DNA of 64,000 nt from Lepidodermella squamata (taxonomy: Eukaryota; Animalia; Gastrotricha): the NCBI GenBank assembly GCA_047495785.1, contig JBLDXI010000009.1, forward strand, positions 2,108,001 to 2,172,000. The letters run 5' to 3'. Shown in pieces: positions 12,713-26,369 of this stretch. How positions within the stretch are numbered: position 1 is the stretch's first letter; each line of letters starts with the position of its first letter. The notes beneath the pieces are model-generated. The model did no database searches and was not told the origin of the DNA. It saw only the letters and a list, made by a program, of their open reading frames with translations. The translations under genes were made by a program, and so were the position numbers.

Positions 12713-13134
12713 ATGGCAGGAGCTTCCTCAACCGCCAAAGCTGTCTGCACGGTGTGCGCCATCGCCATCGGCTACCGAAGTGAGGACGTGTACTGCGACG
12801 TATGCAAATGGACCTGTGCCGGGGGTTGAAACCATGCGCGGACAGATTTCCTCCTTCTGAAGACCTGGGGGTAAATCAGGTACATCATTCAGCGAAGTTT
12901 GCCTACCGTATACTGCTTCCCTCTCTCATCCTCTGTAGACCAAGCCCAGTGTTAGCGGTAAAGCGAAGACAAGATCAAGATCAAGACGGAAGCGAAGCCG
13001 ATGGAAAGCTTGACGAAACCCAAGAAGTTCTGAGAGTCGCCAGGATTTCCACCACTGCCGAAAGACAATCTTCTCATAGCCCATCTGAACCTCCATCTGC
13101 GTTAGCAGGCAAGATTGAGCAGCCCAACTCATGA
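12713..13134 (+). mobile_element. Possible decayed CR1/L2-type ORF1 fragment with a broken PHD finger
   Basis: MAGASSTAKAVCTVCAIAIGYRSEDVYCDVCKWTCAG* has a CxxC...CDxCxW PHD-like pattern lacking the His and ending in a premature stop. It lies between genes with no spliced gene model. Confidence 0.3.
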
Positions 13135-14671
13135 CCGATAACATCTGACATCCTGGCGCTATTCGAGACCCATAAACGCATACAAATTGGGAAACTTCTT
13201 CGCGGCTTCTATCAGCTGATCGCTAAGGGAGGGCAGTTGAGAAATTCACGATAATAATTACTCTGTTACTCATAAGTGGGCATCACGGTGTAGCACCATG
13301 TCCGTCTCCAACCTTGCTCCTTGTTGAGCTTATCGTAGGATGCGGCTTTCGAGAACTTCAGGTCCTCCTGCTTTAAATTATGCAGAGCTTGCCCGATGTA
13401 GAAAGCCAGGCGAAGCTTCATCTCGCAGTTCAACAACCTCTAAATTGGATAGACGCATCACTGAGTAGGTATGTATTCTCGACAAGCACATTCAGGTCTT
13501 CAGGAGTAGGCAAACCTCTACAATTTTCATCAATAAAATCCAAAATATTTGAAGAGGTGTAATATTGATCGTATATTATATTAGGTATATTCACGCAATT
13601 AACGGTATTGCCGCGCTTCGCCCACTTGACCTTTGACGCCGATACTCGCACGCCGCTTCCTCAAGCCGCTGGCTGCTCCAGCTGGCGAAGGCGGAACATC
13701 GGCTTTGGACAGGGTTTCAGCGTCGATATCGGCTCCATTCGGGACACGGAGGAAAACTTTCCGGAGAAGAAAAGTAGTGCGATTCGGGCTCTGCTCTGCT
13801 ATTCGACCTCCTATCCGACAATGCCTAATACACACTAAGCTTCAACTAAGAAAGTCATGTCGGTAAATCATCATCGCTAATCCAACACAAACATATGTCA
13901 ATGTGAACAACCGTTAAATGAAACCTTATTAAAACGTCCCAGTGAAGGAAAAAAGTTGATGCATTGAATCTGCCAAACTTTATTTCGTTTTCTAGAAAGT
14001 ACCCTCAGACAGCAAAATGGCTGTACAGAAAGATAGACATGCCGATGTGCACATTTGTCGCTTGGGTAGTAAATAAATTATGGCCATGACAACAAGCGCC
14101 ATAAAATTTAAACGACAGGTCATTGAAATGGATGTACAGTGGATCAAACAGATGCAATTTGAAAAAGTAATTGGATTGATAGTAGAAAGGAATTCCTAGT
14201 TATCGCGAAGAGTTAAACTGCACAGCTGCAAATATTGCAGGAAGGATGGCGTGCTTTGTTACAACAATAGTAAAATATTCATTCATGGTACAACCAGTGT
14301 GGTCTTGCTTTTACCGAAAACAACTAAAATTTAGCAAGCAAGCAACAAGCGAAAGAAATATGAAAACATTGTTATTAGCCACATACCCCATTGCCGCAGT
14401 TATCGAGACCCAAAACAGACGAGAAAAAGAGTGTAAAATATTTTTAGAAATTCGATTCTGAAGATCATCGTTTGAACATGAGGACAACCTTCAAACTTGA
14501 GAGATAATAAGATAAAGAAAAATAAAAGGAAGAACATTGCTTAGTTGAACGTCATTATATATCGTGGCACAAGGCGCGCAAACTAAGCGCAGTTTGATAC
14601 TGAGATATCGCTCGTGCTATTTTGAATCACTATCATCGTTCAATCAATCAAACAATCAATCAATCAATCTT

Positions 14672-17600
14672 TCACTGGAAGCGTTTATGTACGATACTAG
14701 GTGAGGCTGTCGACGAGGAGGTGTGGTGACCGCGTTGCGAGGGCGACGGTGAAGCTGGAACTTGCCCTGCCGCAGCCGCCGAAGCTCCGCCGGCCGATGG
14801 AGGCGCTGCGAGCGCGTGCCACCTCGTATGTGCAATGTCTGTAGTTTTAACAGCCTGGTAAAAATGCCGCAACTGGTGTCCATGCGAAGTTATCCCGAAC
14901 TGAACGGAACCTATCAAATTTGTTCGAAAATGTAAAATTGGATAAAGCACAACATTTTATAGCCACTTACCAATCAAACTATCGGACTTATTTACATGAC
15001 CATCCCAAACCGAAATGTCGACAACTCGTTTCGCCAACTCTTTCAGACTTATTTTTTCTTTGAAAATATCACTCGATCCAAAGTTGCAGCTGACACTGCG
15101 CCGTTGGATAGACGTTTGGAAAGCCGGTTGCGTAGCGGCCGGAGCGTTCGGCACAAGCAGACGAATTTGAATGATGGGCGACGGCGGGTCTTTGTTCGAC
15201 TTTTTGTTGGCTCGTGCCAACCTCGCCAATCGCAAACCCGTCACGCTGAACACACTCTCGGCCGAGTTGTACAGAAACGTTAGACGAATACGACCTACAT
15301 CGAGCAGTGGAGCACCAGGCAGCAGTTTGGGCTGAAAAAATCATAAATCATTATTTAGACGAATTTCTTTACAAAATAAGAAGTCTAAAAATTAACCCGT
15401 CTGAAATTAGAACTAATTATGCGCCGTATAAAATTGTCTAGCTAACCTCAAAACCCTATCGATTTCACTCTTATTTTAAACTCAATTTTCATTTTTTCAT
15501 TGGCACGCACGACGAAATTCCAGTGATTATAGGAGCGATTCATAGGCACTTACTTCTTTTTGTGCAGGCTTCAACACAACATTGTAAGACAACAGACGAT
15601 CCGTAGGTAGGCAACTCAGCGTGGTTCGCGTTTCACCGATAAAATCGTAACCGATCGGATCTTTGTCGAGGACTTGCAACCGCAGCGTTTTCGCCTTCAT
15701 GTCTTCCTCCAAGACGCCCTCATAGACAATGGTTTCGTCCCACGTTGGGTTAAGGCATTTTTTGATGACATTGGTCTTAACTAGCGACGCTTTGCATGGA
15801 TCGGGCAGCAGCTCGACCTTAACATAAGGGTCCGACAGCCCGTTCATATCTTTCGACGCGAGGTCTTTAGCCGAGATGATACGGCAAATCAACGTAGAAG
15901 CGGCTGTGTCGTACATCAAAGTGAAATGGAGGGTGCCATCCGGCGCGTTGCCCGGCTCGGTGATAGCAATCGACGGTCCGCCATTCGGTAATTGGTAAGC
16001 TACATCGCTATCAACATCGCTGCCCTCCGCAGCTGTTGTATTACTATCCCGCGGCGCTAGTTTTCGATTCGACTGGCTCATCGACATGGACGACATGGAA
16101 GAAGTTGGAGAGGAGAGGTCACTTGCTGAGGCTTTGAGAGGCGCGTTGTGAGAATCACCCAGTTTCGATGATCCTGTAAAAGTACGCATGCACAAAATTG
16201 GCAATTATTACTAGGCTCGGTTTTGCTTGTCACAAAATTTGCTACTGAAAAATTGAAAATACTAAATATGAAAAGGTGGACAAAACAATATAAAGCATGC
16301 GTGAAGCAAGCAAAGGAAAGTTGTAATACGGCTAATAAACGGCTACTTCGCTAAGTCAACGACAATAAAATATCGATTGACGGCCAACCTAAGGCCGAAC
16401 CGCATGCAGACGGCTGTTGCGGTGCGGCGAGGAAGCTCGATGCACTGCAGGCGGCTATAACTAAAGCGACTTTCGACGAGCTGGCCGACATGGACAGGCC
16501 CTTGCTACTCGGCGGCTCCAGCAGCCGGCCGATGTCGGCGCTGAGCCGACGTCGGTCGAAGCCGCTGGGCGCTAGGCTCGACGGCGTAGTGGCGGCACAC
16601 GGCGATGACATGGCAGAATCATCATGCGCTTCTGTCCGGTTGAACACATTTAGAAAGAAGTGAAAATAAATGGAAAAGTTGTGCGTAGGTTACAACCACG
16701 CGATCTCATCTACTGTTGTCATGATCGGGGTGATTTTCTTTTGTTGGTTATCTCGGTAAACTAAACAGCCCGTGGTGTACAATGAGGATGACGACAGTTG
16801 CAGGGGTGCATAGCTCTCCCACAAAGCTTCTGGGCGTTTAACTAAATTATTCTTTTGCTTCACTGTGCCCAAAGCGTCCGAAATGAGAGCTCTCCCGCCT
16901 AAATTCAAGGGCGTTGTATCACTTGTTACTAAAGCTATCGCCCAATATAAAGCTCCAACAAAGTGAAAAAAGCAGACAAAATTTAAATTTAACAAGCATT
17001 TTGAAAGTGATGTAAATATAGTGCTTGTTTTTTTGTTTGAAATCGAAACAAAAAATGGGAAACTAAATTATAAATAGGCCACAGCAAGCTCTGTAGTGCG
17101 AACACGAGATACGTGATAATACAGCCAAAAATAAGCCACCTTGCTTAACAGGGATGGGTCCGGAAACAGCACCTTGCAGAGTATTCGGGCGGTTCGATTT
17201 GTTGGCGCGACTTGTGGTCGATGACGCCGCGGAATGAACGTCGAGCGAGCGAATCGATGTGTTGTCGAAGGCATGCATGTGAGAGGACGACGAGTCGTCC
17301 TGGTTGAAGCTTTTCAGGGAGACGCGGTCGGCGTTCAAGTGGTGCGAACTCGCTGTCAAGTCTTGCCGCGAACCACCCATGTTTGATTTTTGCTGTGGAG
17401 CTGTAGACGCAATCGCAAAATTCGGATTGATGGCCGAAGACGAGGTTGTCGATTGCGCGTCATCTGTCGCTGAAGCAGATTCATCCGACGGATGCCCGGT
17501 CGATCTCATATTACTCCATCCGGCGTCTGAACCTGCCATCGGCGATGATAAGGCACGGTTTGAAGTCGAAGATGGAATAATGTGGCCGATGGGACTCGCG

Positions 17601-20600
17601 ACAGAATTCACCGAGGAACTGCCATCATCTTGCGGCGGCATTTTTTCGTTAGACGACGAGGCGAATAACTGGCGGAAAGTTGGTACTGGTTTTTGAATCG
17701 TATCCACATCGCTGTTGTTGTTATTATTATTGTGTAGTAAATTATTTTGCCTCGGCTGAACGAATGCAAACGGTTTAGGAGGGTCGCCACTAACCGGGGC
17801 GGAAACCGGTTGACCGGGTGGCGAGAGAGGAGGTGGGGAGTAAGTGTCTGGCGGCGCCGATTCGACACTGGCACCCCAGCCCATTCTGGCAGCGGCGTAT
17901 GAGAAAAAGCGAGATGCTACTTCTGTTCTATTATGAAGTTGGTTATAGAAATGTCCATGGCGACTCGGCGTCGGCGAGGAAGGAGCAGTAGCTGGAGTGT
18001 TTTCTGATTAATTAGTATTAGTCAAAGCAAAGGCCATCACCGCGATATGAAGCGTAGATTAGTAGAAGGCGGCATAGAGATGAAATAAAATAAAAAGCAA
18101 CAATGAGAGAAATTCCAAGAAACTCTCCAATACAAAGTAATGTCAGAATCGCAAGCAGTACTTTAAATAAATGATCGGTCAATAGTGAAAACTTGCTTAG
18201 AAATCAAATTTAAAAATCAACAATCTTCCTTAATATTTTTCTCAAATTTTCACCCTTCACCGATCATATTTTTTCCTGCGAAATCATTTGAATTTTCGAC
18301 GAAGCAACCACGATAACGAACCTGTATTAACGTTACTAGCGTTGCTATCTGGAAATTTTCTAGGAAGCTTTTCAGTACTAGGAGCTGCGATAGGTGGTGG
18401 GGTGCTGGAGCCACCGAGCATGTTGGAATCGAATTCGGATTCGGAGTCTGTATCGGCATTTTCGCTAAGAACAGCTGCAAGGAACAAAATGAATATTGTT
18501 AGCAAGATATCGTAACATACACAAAATTTATTGTTATATTTTAGGCAAAATACTTCCTCCAAAGGCATTTCAACTTTTTTAGAATGGCATGTTTCGCTGA
18601 TTCGTGGTACAAGCAATTCAATGCGCATTCCGCTGGGGTAACCTGGCTATTTTTGGTATTTGAATAGACCCCGGAAGGTGCACTTACTGAATAAATTCAA
18701 ATTTTAGAGGAACGCGTTTTTCCCCAAATCGCGCATTCAACTACGACAAATTATAATCAACTGAGATTCACGGGATATTCACTCTGCCCAGGGTGGGAAT
18801 AGCTGTACCGAAAATTCCCGAGTGGGCACATTTCGTGTGTACATTTTTGCGAGGGCATGCAAAAGATGACACGCGATTTGCTGCTGTGTATTACGGTCGA
18901 GAAATACATGCCAAATACATGCAATTCTTCCCGACATTTCGGCCCACAAGGTTCAAGTACAACACAAAAAAATCGCATTTAAACAATATCGGGCCAGTAA
19001 TTTTTCTACCTATTTTTTAAATAATCGGTTGAAAAGCGCCGCAATTCTTTGGAACAACGGCAATGACTTAGGCACAGTCTCTACAAACACAATGTCTGTT
19101 CAAGCTTAAAGTAGCTCTACCTCTAATCTTACGAAAACACCTAAAAAAGGGTTAAGGAAATCATTTTCAAATTATTACCTGTTCTGCCGGCTTTCACAAC
19201 GGTCGTGTGGCCGTGTATAGATCGATAGCGCCGCCAACCGGTTTGGCCGAGGAGTGCATTAGGATCGACGACGCCACCTTTAGTTGAGCTTGAATTCGAT
19301 AATATAGATACTGAGCGAGAGGGAGGGTCGGTCAACAACTCCGGAAGTTCGCCGTTTTGCCAAGCGCCAGATCGCTTCCACACTTCGCGCTGTTCATGAC
19401 AGACGCGACATAGAGTCACGCTCGGCCCTTGGCGGGTTTGATGTACCGCAGAGCACTTGTCGCAAAATCGCTGTTATTCAAATTAAAAAGTCAGTTTAAC
19501 CAATGTCTCCTAGCTTATTAGCCCTAAATGAATTTAAAAACTCATTATCTTTGATAAATAAATTATGTTTCTTATGGCTAAATTTAGACAGACCAGAGGC
19601 AACTTTTGCTGAAAAATTTTCGACTAAAATTACCTGAGCGCAAATATCACATTTAGCCGAGCGTCGAAACAAGCTCAGCGCTTCGCCGCACAGCAGACAT
19701 GTGTTGTAGCCATCTCCGCGAGTTTGAATTTTCAACGCTTGAACTCGCGATTTCAAGCTCTCGATACGATTCTGCTCCATCCGCTTGCTCTGCTCGGCTT
19801 TTTGCAAAATCTCGGCAATATGCCGCTTCTCCTCCTCGGTGATGGCTTCTCGGGCGAGTGAATCCGCCCCATTCGCCGCCGCCAGCGATGGCAAATCTCG
19901 CGTTATCGGTAATGCAGGCGCTTTCAACGGTGCCGTCGGGTCTTGACTGCGATTCGACCAGCCAGCGCCAAGCCTTGACATAAAATTCCGCATGGTTACA
20001 ACAAAAATCAAGACTGACTCAGCTTTTCATAGATAAGAACATTTTTCAAGGCCTATTTTACAAGAAATGCGGGCGTTTTTACTGCCGCAAAGTAAAATAT
20101 AATGGAAAATTTCCAGCGGCAATATACGTGTACAGTACACATTTTATATTGAAAAAAACGCAATTGCCGTCGACCAAGTCATCGAATATTTTTATACTCA
20201 GCATATGCACATCGGGAGCAGTAGTGCATCAATTAACAATTTGCTATGCAGTCGTATCGATCACCCCTTCATCGTGATTTATACGTAGTAGAAAGGTAAA
20301 TAAATAGTTCTATACTAGGCGCAGACTTACCTAACGAAAGGGGTTTTTTATTATAACATTTTCCACTCCAGATAAAAAGCCAGTGCGGCATTAATAGAGA
20401 CTCATTGCCGCGATGGCTTTTTAGCATCACTAGTATCGAACAAAAGGACCGGCGAGAAAACTAATAATTACAAATCTCGATAGCCCAAACATTATTTGGC
20501 ATCAATCTTAGTCACCAATATTCCTGATTCACAACTTCTCAAATATAAATCGAGAATCAAGGTTAATAAATGGTTAAAAACCGAAGGTAAATAACGCAAA

Positions 20601-21914
20601 TAAACAATGGAATTTCGCCACCGATTACAAATTCCATTCTCGAACCCATTCGAGTTGTCAAAAATTAGTAACCCGACCAAACTTTGAGCAAATAGCGGAC
20701 ATGATTCTAGGTTAATGACCCAAGTAAATATTAGAGTCGACTAATGGTCATTGGAGGGCTGATCAAATTGTAACCATGCTGCCGCTAGAAAATACGGATG
20801 GGACAAAAGGCCATGCTCTGTCCTTTTTCCACGATGGCGAGAAAAATCACTTCTAATCTTACAAAAACTCCCGAGAACCTGACTGTGGTAAAATCGGATA
20901 AGGAGACTATAGTCTTTAAATGCGACGATTATGAGCAATTTTGAAAGTTTGATATTCAGTGCTATTTAATATCTGGTTTATATATACAGGAGTGCTTCGA
21001 AAAACGCGTCAGCATAAGACAGACAACTCCTCATTTCATTCTTATAATTTTCCCAGAATTATTTTTCAAACCTGATTAGCTTAGTTGCCCACTTTATTTT
21101 GGTGAACCATTCTATAGAGCTATCTATTAATCGACAACAAGTTTTGGTCATGTTTTCAGAATAATTATTATCTACTGAACAATGCCATCCAGTAAGTTAC
21201 CAGGCTTGATTCTGTCAATATCAAAGATGGCATAATTAGTCGCCCAAAGTCGCCCAAAGGCACAAACATCTTAATAGTTAATTTTAGACCTAGAATATTA
21301 CGTGGTCAGCTGATGCTAATCGATATGACATACAAGACGCGATTCTTTGACGTCAGCTCGCATTTCTCATCAACGCACATGATGACTGTGAATTTTAAAG
21401 CAAGAAAAATCACGGCTACGAAACTCCCCCATCCCCCCACTCGCTCATGAATAATTAATGGCCAAGCTGAAGTTCAAAAGACGATTTCCTTTGGGCAAGT
21501 AGTTCAGGGTAAGAGAAACTAGTTGAAAAACTTTAAAAGCATTATTGTGTCTGATGGCATTATGTAAAATTACTGAATAAATTTTTGTTTGATTTTAGCC
21601 AAAAAAAACCGGCATGAAAAGCAATGAAATGGCAAATGAAGCGAGATAATGTAAAATCAAATCTTTCGGAAAAATAAAACCTTTTAAATGACTTACATTG
21701 CTCTGAGCATTAGCTGGCGATCGCTTGGACACACCCATGACATCGGAACGGATCCAGGCATCACGCCCTTATTCTGTTGATTATTATTACTGCTATTCAT
21801 GATATTGCTAGTTGAATTCATCGGTGAGCTGCTGTTGGCGAGCCCCGGTCTGATGGCGGCGCCACTCGACGGCGGGGCGCCCGAACGTCGATCGATGACA
21901 GGTGATTGACGCAT
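14672..21914 (-). CDS. RPH3A: Rabphilin-3A-like Rab effector (Rab-binding domain, FYVE-like Zn finger, C2A, C2B)
   Basis: WVCPSDRQLMLRAM|LGAGWS; EEEKRHIAEIL; CLLC...CDIC|..CDKC...CRVCHEQREVWKRSGAW; C2A SKDMNGLSDPYVK. Exons 21914-21697, 19973-19634, 19470-19179, 18474-18322, 18003-17140, 16173-15554, 15331-14971 and 14910-14672, all phase-consistent. Confidence 0.92.
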
Positions 21915-24602
21915 CGCGACGATGGCAGCACAAGAGACGCGGACGACGATGAGAGCACGTTGTTGAAACCGAAATCGTATTCGTAAAAATTCAGTAGTGG
22001 CAGGCGAAAATTGCGAACGAGAAACACGACGGAGCTAATACGAGAAAAATCAGCTGCTGCGGCCACGTTGTAGGTCATGCGATTTCACTCGGTAGCAGCT
22101 ATTTTACGATTTTCATGACCCCGCCATCGTAGAAATCCTTGATCGACAAAAATATCTACTCAATTCCTAAAGCAAAAACAAGGGTAGTTGTTAGTAAAAT
22201 AGCCAGGGTCGCGAGATCGTGTTATTTTTAGCACAAGGGTACACGCTGAGCAATAAGGCTGGAGTTGTAGTAGTAAGAGTAGGAGTTGTGGTCGTAGTAG
22301 TAGTTGTAAAAAAAACGCGTGATAAATACCATGCATCATCGGAAATTATGCATTCAAAACCAAGCGAGACGTGAAGAGCACAAATCGAGTACGCTGCCGT
22401 GTGACATTTGACGTGTGGCAACCAGCGCGCTCAATTGATTTTGCATCGACTCCGCGTTACTATCTCCCCTATCTCTCGCTCGGTCTACGCAAACGGCCTT
22501 TTGGCGTATAAAATTGATGTTAATAAGCCCACCATTGCGCACCATCGACACACACACACACATGGCAAAAAATCATAACCGAAAAAACAGCGAAAGAAAA
22601 TAGTTTATGCCACCTACTCAAGCGGCAGATTTACGGGTGCTAGACGCGAGGTTATTATATCAATCAAAAATCGAGATTACTCGCTAAAACATACGAGCTC
22701 ATAATTGGAATCGCAATATTATATCCTTGAAATTCAAGATAAGGCAATCGAATTACTTGCACCAACGGGACCAATTTATTTTCGTAAAAAAGAGCAAGTG
22801 GTGAGAAACAAGCATAATAATGTATGCATACAGCAAAACTGGGTGCCGATCTCAAAAGAAATTCTGCTTTGGTAGAAAGAAAATGAAACAAGAAAACAAA
22901 GCACATTATTACAAGCTCAAGCCTGCCAAGTAGAATTTGTCGTGGACAGTGTCGCTTGGGGAGATGACAAAGCGGGAGAAAGAGAAACACAGGCTGCAGA
23001 CCAAAGCGCGGAGAACATAATTCTAATATATTATTAATAATGAAAAATCTTCGCATGCAGCGCTACTGGGTAATAAAAATAATAATAGCGGTATAAGACG
23101 TGATAACAACACAACGAAATATAAGAACGGAATGCGTAGCAATTTCCGAATAGTAGAAAAAATGTTATGCTAAATATTGAAGAAAGGTCCTAATCTCCGA
23201 GGCAGAGATGATTCAAAAGTGCTATATGTTTGACAGAATGCTAAAAGAATTAGAGTCGATTTTTATGAAATATTATTATATTATTATTTCGACTCGCAGC
23301 AATTTTTTATGATAACGTTTGGTTTTCGCAAATTGAAAAGCGCGTCTAGGCCATCGGCACACCACCAGTCGCGGCGGCCAAACCGCGTGCGAAGCATATA
23401 ATATGATAGGCGTTGATGCATATTAGATGAAATGATAGCGCGTGAGCGAAAAGTTGTTGACACATGCCGTACATTTTTTCTGGGGCCCATATACCATACG
23501 CACATGAATGTCGTATATATATTTGACCGACGTGGCGCATATCCTATCGCAGCACAATGCGAAAAAAACGCACCATATCAGATCTATATCGAAAACTAGT
23601 CACATGTTTCCTTTCTTTCACATGTAGACTTATTAATAATATAATGGTGAATCAATACAGGGAAGCGCAAGATGAGCTCACGATGACACATAATATTAAA
23701 AAAATACGCCAAGCCGCGCCTCGTCTCATCCCTATCGCGCCAACAATCGCTTTCGATCGTTGTGCTCCTCAGAAAAGAAGGAGAGAAGAGGGAGATAATT
23801 TACGAAAGAACTGAATACGACGATGTAGTATAGTTATAATTTTGTGCAAAAAATCCATAATTTCGTCGGTAGTACAAGCGAGAGATATGTTATGGTGCTG
23901 GCTATGCAAACATCAGAAAGCGCAAAATGCGTATAATGAATCGCTCATGAGCTCTTTTGAAATACTGTGTAGTAGTAGTAAATAGGCAGGGATAGAGCGC
24001 ATTTAATCGATCGGGAAGACATGACCAACGAAGGCAATGACGGAGAACGCGACGCACTCGTTGCCTCCTATTACAATCCGCCAATAATAATAACAAAAAT
24101 GTGCAGAAATCGTACAAGCACTATTATTACTGCAGGCGCAATATTTACAAATACGACCCTTATTAGAATATTTATAATATTATGCTACGATGAAGTCATC
24201 GGGCGCACTTCGAAAAATCTACGTGAGCTTCATCTCCCTCGCATGCACAGCGTAATCCCGCAAACCTATATATTAAAATAATGCATAGTCGCGATATCAC
24301 TTTCATCGGTCTGTATAATAGACCTGCGTGGGGGTGACGCACTAAATGAGCCAGCTTTAGGGCACGTTCAATTTCGATCATCTGTCATCGGGAAAATTAA
24401 TAGCTTTATTGCATATCAACTTGTCAGTTTGTGAGCAAGCAAAAAATCGCTTGCTCGCATCGTGATTTTTCAATTTTTCATGGTAAAAAAAGAGGACCAA
24501 CACTTGAAGGTTATTTCTATTATTGAAACGTATAAAATTGAGCGTGTTCTTTTCCAATCATAAGCGGCGACACTTTAGTAATGAAAGATTTTCTAGTATT
24601 TT

Positions 24603-25179
24603 TCACTCCACCACACTTCTAGTAGGTGCGGCGCCGGCGATTCCGTAGAGGCGATCAATTTTTTCGTAGAGTCCTGCGTGCTGCTTCGTAATATGCAATA
24701 ATTCGTCTGTGCTAACACGCCGCTTAGCCGGAGATGGTGACTTGAAGCTTGATTCTAGCAACAAATCAGATTTATACAACAAGTCATTTATGTGAAAAGC
24801 CGGGCCGTTTTTTCGTATATAATCTGAGAAAACTTGAGAACAAGTACCTGTCACTACCGCCAGAGAATCGATATACGGCGTCATCGTCATGCATTTGTAA
24901 AGATAAAAAGTAGGCACTAGCAAGACAAACGAACCCCCAATAAGAGGTAGTGCGATCGCCCAGTACCTGTACGAAATAGCGAGAAGTATTGATTTTTCAT
25001 ATTTCTAGACATAATTTTTCTCACTTTTGCGGCCAGTAAGTCAGCCCGATAGCAGCGAGCCACGAGTGCGGAACTACGGCCCACATTAAGTAAACAACGA
25101 GAAGGAAGTAGGCTATCAAATAAAACACGAAGCCGTAAATTGCCCGCTCTGGCGAAGGCGACGGGTTGTTCTCAGTCAT
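24603..25179 (-). CDS. PIGP: GPI-GlcNAc transferase subunit P
   Basis: [21 protein letters not shown]...[21 protein letters not shown]|YWAIALP. Exons 25179-25025 and 24966-24603. Confidence 0.93.
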
Positions 25180-25217
25180 TGCAAAGAAAAATCTATAAGA
25201 GATATAACACCAAAATT

Positions 25218-26144
25218 TTAGCCTCGCTTTTTATACCGGCCTTGAATAAATTTCCGTTTGAAGGTTACTCCCTCTTTGCGATTTGTAACTTCCCGATAAA
25301 CGTAACAACATTCAACCAATTCGAAGCCGCACTGATCAACAAATAAGTGATTTGACTCGTCAATGGTAAAAAAATACGAAAGGGTATTATCTCGCCGAAG
25401 AAAACACTTCTCATTGCTACTCAACGGCCGTTTGCTGTCACCTGAACTCTCGAATCGAAGTTGGGCCTGATCACCCTCGGCGTAGTCGCGGAATAAAATC
25501 AACCCACCAGGCTTTAACACAGTTTTTAAATTACCCAAAACCTTCGACATATTGCCATTTTCAGGCGGAATGGCACTTAACACAAAAACCAAAGTTGCAA
25601 CATCGATCGAACCGGGTGGAATATTTTTATGAAGAATTTCATTTGGTGGCATCAGAAGATCACAGTGAAAGGCGGTACAACGTTTTTCGTCGAAATTGCT
25701 ATGGCTCTGAAATCGAAAACTTAGCTTAGGACAAAATTAGCTCCATCCACGCAATCAATTACCTTAAGAAGGCCAATGGCGTGCTCAGAAATGTCACATG
25801 CGTAAAGCTTTGACAAATTTGGATTCATTTCCATTAGTGGTATCACAAAATTCCCCACGCCACAACCGGCTTCGAAAACCGCAATGTCCTAAAGGTCAAA
25901 ATGTGTAGTCAATAGATAAAGAAAGTATGAAATAAAATACGTTGATTGTCTGAGTAAGCTCAGGGAACTCCTCCATCGTCCAGTGTCGGTCTTTGAAAAA
26001 TCTGTTTTCATTTCGTTTGTAGAACAGATTCCACCATTTTCCTTGAGATTCGAGAACGATAGCCCGCGCGTTGGGGCCAGTTTCAGCTGACTCATCCGAT
26101 ATTCCCAAATACTCGTTCAATGTAATTTTCCTGACTTGTGTCAT
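25218..26144 (-). CDS. METTL6: tRNA N3-methylcytidine methyltransferase METTL6
   Basis: [23 protein letters not shown]; [12 protein letters not shown] motif; [10 protein letters not shown]; LKPGG..LFRDY; [10 protein letters not shown]. Three exons. Confidence 0.9.
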
Positions 26145-26369
26145 TAGTAAATTACTAAAAGAAACATGCAATTTTTAGTCAAATTTAATTTTCCTTATAC
26201 GATATACATGAATATAATATGAGTGATCCCAATATATAAAGAAGGCGAGAAAGACGCGCTCGATGTTAAATTTGAACCGTTCGTTAAAATTGTTGACTTG
26301 GGCATGGTACAAAACTAAAACAAATAGCCGAAAAGCAGCAATCTATTGAGATAAAACAAATAGAAGCGA

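Noticed and set aside
13430-13651. NCRGL motif resembling a LINE apurinic endonuclease N-terminus
   Set aside because: A single short motif with no further APE motifs in frame.
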